From: Octopus sinensis
Taxonomy: Eukaryota
Direction of reading: 5' to 3'
DNA length: 64,000 nucleotides
Assembly: GCF_006345805.1 (NCBI RefSeq)
Contig: NC_042999.1
Span: 59,334,001-59,398,000, forward strand
Shown here: positions 13,328 through 28,217 of the stretch, in pieces
Numbering within the stretch: the first letter of the stretch is position 1
Layout: the number at the start of each line of letters is the position of its first letter
The notes under the pieces: generated by a model
What the model saw: the letters and a program-made list of their open reading frames with translations, nothing else
What the model was told of the DNA's origin: nothing
Databases searched by the model: none
Made by a program: the position numbers and the translations under genes

Positions 13328-13343
13328 ATATACATATAAATAT

Positions 13344-13401
<58 letters not shown>

Positions 13402-13730
13402 ATATGTATATATATATGTATGTATAAATGTATATATACACACACATAGATAAAGGTATATATATATATATATGTATATCGGTGTGTGTATGTGTGCTAT
13501 GTGTATGTACATATAGATAGGTATGTGTGGTAAGTGAGGGCATGGTCATATGTACACTGTGTGTGTGAGTGTATGTATGTATACAGTTATACATACATAT
13601 AATAATATAAATGATATGTAAATATATGCATATATACATATATATGTATGTATGCATATATTTATATATTATTTATATTATTATATGATCGAACGCCACG
13701 CATCCTTTTCCAAGTTTTATACATACATAC

Positions 13731-13813
<83 letters not shown>

Positions 13814-14071
13814 TGACATAAACTCTAACTCACACACAAGCATACACATACGCACACGAACACACAAAGGCAAAAATTTTCAATAATGTATAACATTGCA
13901 TAGATACTTCGTCAACAATGCAATTATGAACATTCTCGGTAAGAATACAAACGCGTCGATAATTTAAAGATCTAATTTTTGCAAGGAACTCGTAGACGTC
14001 AGTTAAATCTACATGTAACCGTTATATAACGTGCAAACAATCAGATACTTGCTGAAGCTCAATATCCATGT

Positions 14072-14118
<47 letters not shown>

Positions 14119-14424
14119 GGTTTATGCAAATTTTTGTACCACTAGTCATTCTCAATTACCAGATGGAAATTACGTTTCCATTTCCCTAGAGTACTTCAGC
14201 TGACTTCGACGTAATTCCGCTCGCATCCGTCCAGGTCATTGGTTTGTATTTCGAATTAAGCGACATCTGTTATTCTTAGATTTTTGTATTAACTAATTCT
14301 GTAACTGTCAATCGTGTAATGGGGTTTATCAGCATTTCTTGATGATATAACAAAGATTCTCCAGTATTTGTACGCTATTTAGTTAATGGTTCCCCATAAT
14401 GATCTGTGGACGTTTGAATAACAG

Positions 14425-15995
14425 TAGCAGTAGTAGTAGCAGTGGTGATGAGCCATTATGATAATCGCATCACACATAATTGATTTCCTATATATCTTCT
14501 TGTGTATAAAGCCTTATACGAATGATGGTGCTTGTGATGGTGGTGGTGGTGGTGGTGGTAATGATGTCTATAGTGGTGTTGGTGTTGGTGTTGGTGGTCA
14601 TTGTCCTTGCAGTAGTTGTGGCGGTGGTATGGTGATCGTGATGCTACTACTACTAATAATAAGGATCGACATGGTCGTGTTGGTGTATCTGGTAGTGGAG
14701 TGGTAGTTATGGTGGCAGTTGTGCCGGTTACAGCTGTGCTTGTGGTTGTGGCTGTGGTTGCGGTTGAGGTTGTGGTGCTCTTGGTTGTGATCAAACTATC
14801 GGTGAGCAAATTAATGAAGGAGGTTGAATTCATAATAGTGATCGAAATGGTGAGGATCTTATTGCTGTGGTGGTGTTGGTGTTGGTGTTGGTGGTGGTGG
14901 TGGTGGTGGTGGTGGTGGTGGTGGCGATGGTGGCATTGGTAGCCCATGCTGCTGGTGGTAGTGGTGGTGGTGATGGTGGTGGTGGTGGTGATAGTGGTGG
15001 TGGTAGTGGTGGTGTTGGTTGTGGTGGTGGTGGTGGTGGCGATGGTCGTGGCATTTGTAGCTCATGCTGGTAGTAGTGGTGGTGGTGGTGGCGGTGTTGC
15101 TGGTGCCTGTAGTGACCCATACTGGTATTGGGGGGGGGGTCATTGAATGTGGTAACGGTGCTGGTAGTAGCGAGAGATTCTAGTGGTGGTGGTGGTGCAG
15201 CTGACGGTCGTCGTCGCCTTCATCGTCATGGCCATCGGTGATGGTGGTCGAATTTGGAGAATGAGAAAAGATGATGATGGCACTTTTGGTTGGTGATGGC
15301 AGTAGAGATGTTCGTGGGTTTTCAAGGAGGTATTAATAGTGGTGGTGGTGGTGGTGGTGGTGGCGGCGGTGGTGGTCATCGTCGTCGTGGAAATGATGCT
15401 GGCGGTAATAGTGCTCAAGATAACAGAGGTCTGTTGCCATGGTGATGGCGATGGTGGTGTTGGTGTTGGTGGTGGTGGCGGTGGTTGTGGTGGTGGTTTT
15501 GGTAATCGATTTGCATGTGACTTGTGGTTGGATTGGTGACTGAGGTGGTGGGAGTGGGAGTGGGGGTGTTAGGGGGTCGAAGTCGTAGGGGATTATCGAT
15601 GGTATTGGGAATAACGGTGATGCTTGTTGTCACAGTGATGATGGTGTTGGTGGTGCAGATTGTAGTGGTAATGGTGGCGGCGGTGGCAGGCGTGGTGGTT
15701 GTAGTGGTAGTGGTGGTGACGATGATTGCGATGATTGAGGTGCCTCGTAGTGGTGACGGTGATTGTGGTGATGGTGGTGGTGGTGGTGGTAATGATTGTA
15801 GTATGTGGTGGTGATGATGGTGGTGGTAGTGGTGGTGGTGACGATTGTAGTATGTAGTGGTGATGATGGTGGTGATGATGGTGATGGTGGTGGTGGTGGT
15901 GATGATTGTAGTATGTGGTGGTTATTATGGTGATGGTGGTGGTGGTATTGGTGATGGCGATGTTTGATGTGACTTGTAGTGATGATGGCAGTGGT
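14425..15995. repeat. 1.6-kb compound (GGT/GAT/AGT) trinucleotide low-complexity tract
   Basis: Dominated by ggt repeats with internal duplications: gatgg..gcatt..tagc.catgctg twice, and gattgtagtatgt three times. Confidence 0.9.
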
Positions 15996-16714
15996 GGGTC
16001 ATGGGGACGAATTTTATTCGCATTTCTAGGGTTTATCTTAGCTGTCATTGCAAATTCTAACGAAACACTCAAATGATTCCATTCTTGCCATTGAATATCT
16101 GAACGGAAGGAATCAAATGTGGTATGCCATATCAGAATCTCTTATCCCATCATATGGATCTCCGTCGGTTTCTACAATGAGTATTCATTTGTTCAGTTAT
16201 ATGGATTCCCCACTTATTTACGTTTCATATATGTGGCAGACCCCTTTTAACTTTTAAGGAAATTCTCAAGGAATATCAGTGTAAAACATCTTGGAAGAAG
16301 TTCCGAAGGTTGAATCGCAGGTAAAATCCATCCAATAGGCTTCTACAAAGTTACCTTCTACTTAATTCCAATTACAAAACATTAAACAAACCGAAACTAA
16401 CGTGCAAGACATTTTCTCAGAATGCCGAGCAGTGGAATTGAACCAATGACCTTGTGATCATAAAGCAAATATTTGGACATTTTAAACATGCTATGTCCAT
16501 GTCATTATGTTTTTTTGTTTGTTTATTCCTTCTCGAGCCATGTCCGGCTCATAAGGGCCTGTTTCCCGGTTTCATTGGCGTATAGGTTCCCCACCTGGAC
16601 GGGAAGCCGGTCCGTCGCAGGTATGTATGTATGTATGTATGTATGTATGTATGTATGTATGTATGTATGTATGTATGTATGTTTGTATGTATGCATGTAT
16701 ATATGTATCACTTT

Positions 16715-17101
16715 TATTCTTTTACTTATTTTAGTCATTTGACTGTGGCCATGCTGGAGCACCGCCTTTATTCGAGCAAATCGACTCCGGGACTTATTCT
16801 TTGTAAGCCTAGTACTTATTCTATCGGGCTCTTTTGCCGAACCGCTAGGTTTATGGGGACGTAGACACACCACCATCGGTTGTCAATCGACGTTGGGGGG
16901 GACAATCACAGACACACAAACACATACACACATATATATACATATGCATATATACGACGGGCTTCTTTCAGTTTCCGTCTACCAAATCCACTCACAATGC
17001 TTTGGTCGGATCGCGGTTATCGTAGAAGATACTTGTCTAAGGTGTCACGCAGTGGGACTGAACCCGGAACATGTGGCTGGTAAGGAAGCTACTTACCACA
17101 C
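16715..17101 (-). mobile_element. SINE family B
   Basis: Reverse complement of family B. A further + copy with a deletion lies at 17629-18040. Confidence 0.85.
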
Positions 17102-17190
17102 GTGCCGGATTATTAAAAAAATATGGTTTTAGTTTTACCTAGTTAAATCTAATTAATAAATATTTGGTATTGTTGTGTTTCAGGATGGTC

Positions 17191-17454
17191 ATATTTATTT
17201 TTTTGCCAAATATACACGCGCACAATGTGCTTGTTCTTCATTCGTTTATTACTGTTCTTATTTCTATTCTAGAAGAACAGAATGGAATAATTGGAGCAAG
17301 AGCACGCACGAAAATGAAAGTATCGTTGAAGAGGTCACAGATGTGTGACGAAAGATTTCCGGAGAATGGACACGCGTTAAAATGGACATTAATTAAGATT
17401 TTTTTTAATAAATAAGAACGGCAATAAACGAGTGTTTATTTGGCAAAAAATATA
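17191..17454. mobile_element. Small foldback element with a central hammerhead-like motif
   Basis: Left arm tttttgccaaatatacac..ttcgtttattactgttcttattt (17191-17263) is complementary to right arm aaataagaacggcaataaacgagtgtttatttggcaaaaaa (17410-17454). Confidence 0.7.
17321..17364 (+). ncRNA. Minimal type I hammerhead-like motif, U3.G8
   Basis: tatcg | TTGAAGA | g | gtcaca gatg tgtgac | GAA | agattt | c | cggag. Helix II is 6 bp perfect, helix III a wobble palindrome, helix I only 3 bp. Confidence 0.5.
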
Positions 17455-17773
17455 TATAAAATACCATCCCGAAATACTACAATATCTATTTCAACACACG
17501 ATTTCACATCAGGAGTCTTGCAACACAAATTGATAAACGCAATATTTGGCAAATCTAATGAAAGAAACACTAGATTACTAGTAATAGAACCGTTTATTAC
17601 TAGAGCACTGGGTTTCCATATAAAAGTTTAGGCGCAGGAGTGACTGTGTGGTAAGTAGATTGCTTACCAGGCACCTTGGGCAAGTGTCTTCTACTATAGC
17701 CTCGGGCCGACCAAACCCTTGTGAGTGGATTTAGTAGACGGAAACTGAAAGAATCCCGTCGTATATATGTATG

Positions 17774-17822
<49 letters not shown>

Positions 17823-18491
17823 ATGTGTGTGTGTATATGTTTGTGTGTTTGTGTTTGTCCCCTAGCATCGCTCGTCAACCGATGGTAGTGTCTTTACGTC
17901 CTCGTAACGTAGCGGTTCGGCAAAAGACACCGATAGAATGAGTACTAGGCTTACAAAGAATAAGTCCTCGGATCGATTTGCTCGACTAAAGGCCGTGTTC
18001 CAGTATGGCTGCAGTCAAATGACTGAAACAAGTAAAATAGCAAAGAGTGAAGAGCAATGTTCTGTCATTGAATATATGATAAACCGATTCATTATTCAGC
18101 ACACATTTTGTCATTTATCTTTCTTTTATCATGTAATTGTTCCTTTCATTGGATGACCACTATTCTGGTTCAACGTCTTCAAAGAAACTGACCCAGTACT
18201 TATTTTTTTAAGGATGTAATGTATCTTGCGCTGAATCGCTAAGTTACGTGTAAATAAGCAAACCAACGCCGGTTTTCGAGCGGTGGTGTGGGGCACAAAT
18301 AAAAAACACTAAGTCGTATATACATAGGTATATTGCGGGCCAACAGGTCAATGCTAATAGAAATATTACATTTCTAAATATCTCAGAGAGATATAAGCAG
18401 TAGTGGTATGATAGAGTAGTTGTATACTGTCTTGTCATCAGTGGATTTATTTCAAGGCTACACAGGCATCTCCAACTAGCAGGCCATGCTA

Positions 18492-18541
18492 CTTCAGACT
18501 GATGACGAGCAAAGACTCAGAAACTAGTCTCTGGTTGCAGG
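18492..18541 (+). ncRNA. Degenerate hammerhead-like motif
   Basis: CTGATGA c gag caaaga ctc a GAA actag tct ctggt t. Helices II and III are present, helix I pairs poorly, and there is an extra A before G12. Confidence 0.35.
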
Positions 18542-20867
18542 CTTAGCTGGGTGAAGGTGCTTGTCTCTCCCTTGTAAACATAAGGACACAGGAAATGTGT
18601 CAAGGCCGACAGGAAGCGTTGATGCGTCCTGGGGCTAAATAGCAGTGATGTGATTCCCTTCATGGGAATGTCACATTAAGTTGACAGTACGCAAGTTCAA
18701 TACTAATTCTAGTAAAAGAACAACTAGAATACATACTTACGTTCATGCCGGAAGAAAGAGAAAGTGAGAAAGGGTTAGTACGACGTAATTGATGTAATAA
18801 TTATCGGTATTGCTGTACAAGCAATAGATTCAAGATTGCTGTTGATACATTGAAAATATTCAATGATGTCACTGCTACGTATCCAAGCAGCAAGGTTTGA
18901 GACGATGCAAGTATGTAGACTACATTTATCTAATATTGATTTGCTAATAATACGTATCTCACTTTTTAGTATGATCGATTAGTCTACAGCTGGGATTACG
19001 AGTAAAATTAGCAGAGATCTTTCAAGGTCACAAATGGCCTTTGTGGATTCTACTGTATTCTCGACGTTTAATTTAGTGGTTAGATATTTGTTACCTCATT
19101 AATACCGATGTCATTAAGCTAATTTACTTATATGTTTGTTATAAGAATTTCCTATATATTTCTTATAGCAATCTTGTCTATTAATAATTTATCATGTTAG
19201 CGTCTATCCCTTTCAGGGGCGTTTTTAAGTATTTAGTCTTCACAGTTTTAATGAATTTATCTGGGGCGCATTTGACAGGACTAGAGATTTTCTTCATAAA
19301 TGCTGGACCGTTTTAAATTTGTAATTAGACATAACGAGTTCTACTTTCGTATTCCAATATGAAAGCGATTCTTAGGAGATCTCTTTGTATATATATATAA
19401 ACGACAACATGTGTGTGTGTGTGTGTGTGTGTTTGTTATTTATACAAATCCACAATTTTTCAGTTAGAGGGCTCGCACTTTCTATGGTCATTCAAAACCG
19501 TCCAAGGGTGGTCGTGCACATCTTTACATTTCCCCAGTCACTCCGCAAAGCCATTAAATAATCAATAGAAGTGACGTTTTTGTGAATTTTGTATCCAAAA
19601 CCCAATCAAAATGCCCGAAACTTGATATGCCAATTGAATGCCAGCTAGCTGTATGTGATTGGTTGGAGATTTGGACAGTACTCGCGTGTATGTGCGCACG
19701 CACGCACGCAGCTGTATATACATGCATGCGTTGCCGGGTCATAGTGCTAGTATATACATAAAACCGTCCTCTGTAGAAGTACCAGGTGTCCTTTTGTTGA
19801 AGAAAAATACCTTCCATTTCTTCCTTCTTAATAATTTCTGTTAATAATAATTTACAAGATGCAAAATTGTTTACAAAGAATTGGTATACCTTTCAAGGAC
19901 AAGGTAATCTTGTGTTTTTCCCATGCAGCTGGTTATTAGGCCCGTGTTAAGTGCTCATACGACATTTAGAACGTCGGTGGCATACTTACATTAGTAAAGA
20001 ACTAAAATGTGATCAATGCCGCTCTGTGATCAGTAATTACGTATAGCAATACAGCCCTGCTAATACGATGCAAATGGATGGACACAAATTATGTCTCTCC
20101 AGGCAAATGTAATGGTTGTTTTCGAGGAATTTTATGCTTAACACCTTTTTATGGCCTGACAAATGTACACAATAGCTTTCAAGGAAATTTGTATTTGAAA
20201 CTGGCAGTTGCCGCTTCTGTCTCGGAAATTTAATATAGTTTTCTGAATCGATAATTTACTCCCACAAACCAAACACAACACACACCACACACACACACAC
20301 ACATACACACACATTCACATTCACAGTCTTTCGTTTGACACTATTTTCTTTCTGTGATATATAATACAGCGCATCTCTATAGAGTTTAGTCTATATACAA
20401 CAGTCGGAATATAATATACATTAATATGTACTTATACTTACATATGTACATAATTACAAACATGTATACGTACACACGCACATACACACACATATACATG
20501 CACACACACACACACATACACATGATATAATACATATGTATATTCATTAGTATGCCGGTGATTGTGTGTATATGTCGGTGTATGCATATATTCATGCCCT
20601 GTACTTATTATATCATATCCCAAATTTCAATATATATGCGTTATTAATATGACTTTCTTATACCGCTGTACAGGGATACCATAAAGTCTCTATAGAATAG
20701 ATTTCCTTCTTTCATGCATTAGTTTTAAACCATTCTGAGTAAGGTAAACTTTATTTATAATACAAAGAAAATAAATACAGCTACTTCTGCACATTTGATT
20801 CTTGACTGATTCCTCTGTTCTTCTCGTCTCTGAATATATAGAGGCGCATGTATGTGTGTGTATGTGT

Positions 20868-20902
<35 letters not shown>

Positions 20903-20989
20903 GTATGCATATGTGTATACATGCACGTACGTACGACTTGTGAGCACGTATTTATGTATATATATATTTTATGAATCCATGTATATATA

Positions 20990-21040
<51 letters not shown>

Positions 21041-21270
21041 GTGTGTGTGTGTTTATGAAGTGTTTCTAAACCTATGTTTAATGTTGTTTTTATGTGCATG
21101 TGTGCGTATACACACTCACACACACACACACAGATCTATATATACATATAAATAATATGCATGTTTACGCATGCACGTACATACGATTTGTGTGCATGTA
21201 TTTATATATGCATATATATTTTATGAATGTATATTTATATATATATATTTGTGTGTATGTGTGTGTGTGT

Positions 21271-21317
<47 letters not shown>

Positions 21318-21795
21318 ATGAAGTATTTCTAAAGCAATGTTTAATGTTGTTTTCATTTCGAAGTTAAATTGTTAACTTTCGGAGTTATATCCATTAAATA
21401 TAATCCTATTATATCTCGGCCACCAAGGAGCAGATTTTACATCATACGAATAACTATTTCTATGCTAACTGTTCTGTTTAGGAAATAAGCTGGCAGTACA
21501 TACAAAATTTCCCTTGGGTTTCTATAACTATTTGCGTAATAATGCAGCATTATTATAAATACACAACAAATATATAGATGAAAAGTTTGCTTTGAATTTA
21601 TCATATGAGTTTTAAAACGTAGCTTTGAAAGTAGGACTTGCTTGTAACTGTGTATTATGTGACGAACAATCGCATAGAAGAGTTTGCTATAATTACATTT
21701 CCTTTTGTGCAGATAATATATCTTGACCTCTTGCAGATACAATGCGCACACATACAGAGACAAACACACACACATTACACATCCCCACATATATT

Positions 21796-21882
<87 letters not shown>

Positions 21883-21883
21883 C

Positions 21884-21933
<50 letters not shown>

Positions 21934-22083
21934 ATATATATTATACATATATACATATACATCTATATGTGTGTATGTGTATACATGCGACATCAAACTT
22001 GGTAACTATATAATCAATTTTCTCACCGAGTACTAAATAGCATGCATATGCATACACACACACCACACACACATATATATATG

Positions 22084-22133
<50 letters not shown>

Positions 22134-22185
22134 TGTGTGTGTGTATGTATATGTATATATATATGTATATATATATATGTGTGTG

Positions 22186-22253
<68 letters not shown>

Positions 22254-23028
22254 TATATATATATATTATATATTATATATATATATATATCTGTATGTAT
22301 ATTTGCATTCTAGTTTGTACCCGGTGAGGAAATTGATTATATAGTTACTTAGTTTCATGTATGTCGCATGTCGCATTTCATCATGAACCTAATCGATATA
22401 CAGTGTTTGTGTGTGTGTATGTGTATACATTAGATAAACATACACTCATACATATATACACACACTCACACACATATATATATATATATATGTAGATGCA
22501 TGAAATACATGATATATTCTTTTCTGTAGAATATCAAATTCTGCTGAAAGTGCACAATACGCATTTGATGTATAGATGTAGCATGAATTGGTGTTTCTTT
22601 GAGATGAGATAATCACTATTTTCCTGACAAACTTCTATGAAATCAAACGCCCACTGAGTTACCATCTTACCGAATGTAAAATATACACGTCTTAATAGGT
22701 ATTCAATAAAGCACATTCGATGTATGTTCGTTATATTACATCATGATACAAGCTATGCAATGATTGAAGCAGAGAAAATATCAATTTTTGGCACATCTGC
22801 CAGAACGTGTTACGAGGTATTTTTTTCTTTTGTTTATTTTGCAGGTTATGTTTAGCCCTAGGTCGAACTTGATCCGGCAGACCTGAAATTAAAGACAGGA
22901 TATTTTGCTTCCATTATTCGCACATTCAGCTATCATATACTGGGTCCCTAATTGACACGCTAGCGTTTCAAGTACATTATTTATTTTGCTGAGATAAAAA
23001 CAATATCTAGCTACATTTAGAAGCACAA

Positions 23029-23490
23029 GGCCCTGAGCTGGCAGAAACATTAGCAAGCCGGACGAAATGCTTAGCGGTATTCCGTCTGCCGTTACGTTCT
23101 GAGTTCAAATTCCGCCGAGGTCGACTTTGCCTTTCATCCTTTAGGGATCGATAAATTAAGTACCAGTTACATACTGGGGTCAATGTAATTGACATAATCC
23201 TTTTGTCTGTCCTTGTTTGTCCTCTCTGTGTTTAGCCCCTTGTGGGTAGTAAAGAAATAGGTATTTGTCTGCCGTTACGCTCCGAGTTCAAATTTCGCCG
23301 TGGTCGCATTAGGGGTCAATAAATTAAGTACCATTTGCGTTCTGGGGTTGATCTGATCGATTGGCCCCTTCCCCAAAGATTTCGGGCCTTGTGCCTAATG
23401 GCGTCCCTTCCTGCTGGGGGAAGACATACGCCATAGAAACCGGGAAACCGGGCCCATGAGCCTGGTTAGTCTTGAAAAGGGCGAAAAAAA
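23029..23490 (+). mobile_element. SINE family A (23029-23260) plus partial A copies and a family C tail
   Basis: Family A consensus, then gaaaccgggaaaccgggcccatgagcctgg...cttgaaaagggcg. Confidence 0.8.
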
Positions 23491-24784
23491 GAATATATAT
23501 ATATATATGTATATGTACACGTACATATATATATGTGTGCGTGTGTGTATATATACACCACATCATCGCTCTAAGCAATGATGAGTATAAATAAAAATTT
23601 GTTACAAGTACAAATATACTTGAGTCATATTCGAACCCGTGAGAAAGATGTTCACTGCATTTTGTCAAGCAGAAAATTTGTTGCTGTAGACAAATAGGTG
23701 CAAATACACCGAGTTGGCTCATAGCATTCCATAACATATTGAAGTGAAGCATTCATTTCGGAGCGGTTATCTCCTCTTCTGTAACAGATACCGAAAATGC
23801 AGCCACTGCCAACTGACACGATAGATAATTCCCTTTTATAATAATCTCGTCATCATTCAACGACTTGTGATATTCAGCAGCTTCACGTTTCAAGCGCTAA
23901 GTAGTGATGTGTATCGCGGCCATGATAATAATAATATTCTATGCAAACTTTTAAGCTTAATGCAATACATGTGTTTATAGGGTACAGATTAATGAAGGCT
24001 CCTGTTTTCGCTATTTTCCCCAACATGCTTTAAAGTTGTTATTCAGCCTTTAAATAACAAAATTGAGACTAAAGATATTCTAGTTGTAACCATCGTGTTT
24101 TATTCAAAAGACCAGTCAATGCTGGGTTACATTATCCGACTTTTCCTTCCCTTTTCTTGATTTATGTGTAAATCCTAGCAGGTGAAGCGATCCCATAAAT
24201 GTTACCGTCACTTTCGGTATGAAAGTTAACATCACCAGTGATGTGTTTGTTTACATCTTCTGAAAGATAATACGATGTTGTATAATTTTGAATAGAAATA
24301 TTATCATTGATTTAGTTGATTTGGCTAACAGGCAAATTATTCTTCAATAAAATTTTAATTTGAAATGTTAATAGTATACAAAAATATACTTGTGTAGAAA
24401 TGTAATGATATATTTTATGTATTGATAAAATATTTTTTGGTTATCTAATTTATCATTTAGCAGAAAACACAATGTTTTAATGGAACTCCATCGTCTCATC
24501 TGATATGGTCGTTTGTTTCCAGACTTTGCACTATCATATTTCCATAACACTCGTAAAGAAGCGTTGAGAAAAACAAATCTATACTCTAGGTGTGAACATG
24601 TATATATATATCATAAAAAACAATCGTTACATATATATATCTATATGTAATGATTGTTCTTTATGATATATGCAGTAAAACTTGTTTTATCTGCTAACAA
24701 TTCCTCACATCTAGATGCTATAAGGCAATATATTGCAACAACCTGTTCACACATTCACAGTATACAGTGCCATCAAACGGTTTG

Positions 24785-24890
<106 letters not shown>

Positions 24891-25065
24891 CATATATATA
24901 TACAAATATATATACATACATATATATATATATATATACATATATATATACATATATATACATATATATAACATATATATATATAATAGAGAGAGAGAGA
25001 AAGTGAGAGAGAGATAACTTACTTGGAAATAGATGCATGGCGTTCAATCATATAATAATATAAGT

Positions 25066-25181
<116 letters not shown>

Positions 25182-25490
25182 ATATATATATAATATACAT
25201 GTATGTATGTATATGTTTGTGTGTCTGTGTTTGTCCCGACAACATCGCTTGACAACCGATGCTGGTGTATTTACGTCCCCGTCACATGGCGGATCGGCAA
25301 AAGAGACCGATAGAATAAATACTAGGCTTACAAAGAATAAATCCTGGGTAGATTTGCTCGACTAAAGATGGAGTTCCAGCATGGATGCAGTCAAATGATT
25401 GAAACAAATAAAAGAATAAAAGAATTATAAAAAAAGGAATATGCATATATACATAGATATATGTACATACTTACATATACATGTACGTAC

Positions 25491-25709
25491 ATATGCATAT
25501 ATGGGCACAAGACGACACAGAACGTGAACCACACGGAATACGAAAACATGGAATATGAACTTTTTTTGCGAACAACGAAATAATGTTGCCTGTCTTATTT
25601 TCCATTTGTTTCTTGCGTTGTTCGCAAAAAAGTTCGTATTCCCTGTTTTCGTATTTCGTATTTCATGTTGTTTACGTTCTGTGACGTCCTACGCCCATAT
25701 TTGCATATG
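25491..25709. mobile_element. Foldback (inverted repeat) element, about 90-bp arms
   Basis: atatgcatatatgggc...tttttgcgaacaacg (25491-25577) is complementary to cgttgttcgcaaaaaag...gcccatatttgcatat (25616-25709). A related terminus lies at about 57640-57715. Confidence 0.85.
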
Positions 25710-25894
25710 TATATACATGTATATGTAAGTATGTACATATATGTATGTATATATGCATATATCTAATATGTGTATATATATACATATATATGTGTATATA
25801 TGTGTGTGTGTGTATGTATGTATGCATATTTCTCTTTAATAGGTTGGGTTTTCGATAATATGAAAGTTTCACTTGATGCCACAATATTAATCTG

Positions 25895-26468
25895 TGATCG
25901 AATATTCTTTTCTACTCTAACCACAAGGCTCAAAATTTTTGAGGTAGCGGCTAGTCGAGTAGATCAACCCCACTACGCAACTGGTACTTAATTTATCGAC
26001 CCCAAAAGGATGAAATGCAAAGTCGACCGCGGTGGAATTTGGACACAGAACGTAAGGATTGTGATCGAATATTCTTTTCTACTCTAGGCACAAGGCCCGA
26101 AACTTTGGGGTAGGGTGCCAGTCGATTAGATTGACCCCAGTACAAACTGGTACTTAATTTATCGACCCCGAAAAGATGAAAAGCAAAGTTAACCTCGGCG
26201 GAATTTGAACTCAGAACGTAAAGACAGACGAAATACCTATTTCTTTACTACTCACAAGGGGCTAAACACAGAGGGGACAAATAAGGACAGACAAACGGAT
26301 TAAGTTGATTATATCGACCCCAGTGCGTAACTGGTATTTATTTAATCGACCCCGAAAGGATGAAAGGTAAAGTCGACCTCGGCGGAATTTGATCTCAGAA
26401 CGTAACGGCAGACGAAATACCGCTAAGCATTTCGTCCGGCGTGCAAACTTTTCTGCCAGCTCGCCACC
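25895..26468 (-). mobile_element. Stack of SINE family A copies (full copy 26238-26468 plus two partial copies)
   Basis: Reverse complement of family A, with repeated central domains. Confidence 0.85.
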
Positions 26469-26989
26469 TGATTTGTGATCGATTGTTGCATAAAGGCTTG
26501 TAACTTCCTGTATACAATAAAGTAACAATGAAATCTGATGTAGGTTTCATAAAGTCCATGAAGGAAACTAGCGGACGTGAGTCTTGTTTGTAATATTTTA
26601 CTGATTAAAAATAAAATGATCCATATTCTCATGCGCTGAATTGTAATTTTCCTTGTTGTTCAATGCCCGTATGTGTACGCACACATGTATGTATGTATGT
26701 ATGTATGTATGTATGTATGTATGTGTGTATGTATGTATGTATGTATTTTTGTATGTATGTATGAATGTATATGTCCACATACATTCACACATATGCACAC
26801 ATATACATACATACTTACACACACACATACACACACACATACACACAGAGTACATTTCAGAAGGACTTGTAATCGACTGTCTATAAGGAACAATCTCTCA
26901 AAGTTAAAGTCCGCTTTATAATTGCTTTGTACGAAATTATCACCCTAATTATAAAATATGTATGTATCTATGTCCTGTTCTGTTTGCAA

Positions 26990-27540
26990 TTATTAAAATT
27001 TTTCCTCTTTACGAAGGAGTTGATTTCTAACAAAGAATACGAAACTGTATCGTTGAAATGTGGTTAACAAAACAACGTCGTATTTTAAAGTTGCAAAAAT
27101 GTATTGAATAATCTCACTTTTCCATTAACAGATTTTATTTCTAATGTGCAAGTTAGTTGGTTGATTGTTTTTTCTGAAAATACAAGCGCATCCAGATTAT
27201 TAGTTACACAATTATCATAATTATCCACTGTCTATTTGATAGTTAAAGAGTTTTACATCCACAGGACCGCTGACCTATATGATGGTTCATAACATTTTCT
27301 TATCTATTCCAAATAACAATATCCGGCTTGTTATGCTTATAATTGGCAGATGTTTTGATATATTTCTTGTGATGTGATTTGTGTATGCATTCACCAACAA
27401 GTAGATTCTCTATATTTATTCCTGGATAGCTTTTCTTCGGTATGGCATTGTATAATTGTTTCCGCGACATGTGTACAAATAAGGAGGTAGTGACTTGATG
27501 ACATTTTTGCGTCTGCAAATTTTCATTCACACAGCTTTGG
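26990..27540 (-). mobile_element. 3' remnant of an RLE-type (R2/R4/NeSL group) non-LTR retrotransposon
   Basis: Track ORF 27300-27530 ends KHNKPDIVIWNR, the PD motif of a restriction-like endonuclease. It continues across a stop and frameshift as TII*VSGPVDV and FSEKTINQLTCTLEIKSVNG. Confidence 0.7.
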
Positions 27541-28064
27541 TTAATTCAAGGCAAGAGAAGACAGTTGGACAAGATTTCACGTAGTAGTATTGAACCCGGA
27601 ACGGCGTAGTTGCTGCAAATCATTACCAGCAACAAACAATTTTAGCTATCTGGAACAGCTATCGCTTACATGTCAGTGAAATGCAGTAAACGCATTTCCA
27701 GTATAGTGAAAGTAGGAACATCTTTGATCATAGGCCTGCGTAAGTCGTCAACGATGGCCTAGTGTTAAAAACTATAATGCTGTAATATAAACAAAAACAA
27801 TAGACATAACAATATCAACAACTCGTTTTCTATTGCAATATTTTCTAAGTAGATTTCGGTAAATTATTTGGCAAGATTATTTAAGTTCTAATCCTATTTA
27901 AAGTTGATTGCTTACCTTTGAAAATAGGTCATATAAGCAACAATAGCATAGTAATAGTAAATTCAAAGCAAATTTTCACTTGATCTTATTGAAAGCCTTG
28001 GATAACACTATGTATGTGTGCCTATGTGCACTTGTGTATTTCTGTTTGCGTTTATATATATATA

Positions 28065-28118
<54 letters not shown>

Positions 28119-28161
28119 ATATATATATATGTATGTATGTATGTATATATATATATATTAT

Positions 28162-28217
<56 letters not shown>

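Noticed and set aside
14456-16072. Poly-His, Thr, Pro, Val and Gly ORFs
   Set aside because: Open in several frames on both strands because of (GGT)n; no domain or splice support, so not called as CDS.
23740-23785. Hammerhead-like CAGAAGA GGAG..CUCC GAAA on the minus strand
   Set aside because: U4 is replaced, position 17 is G, and there is no helix I.
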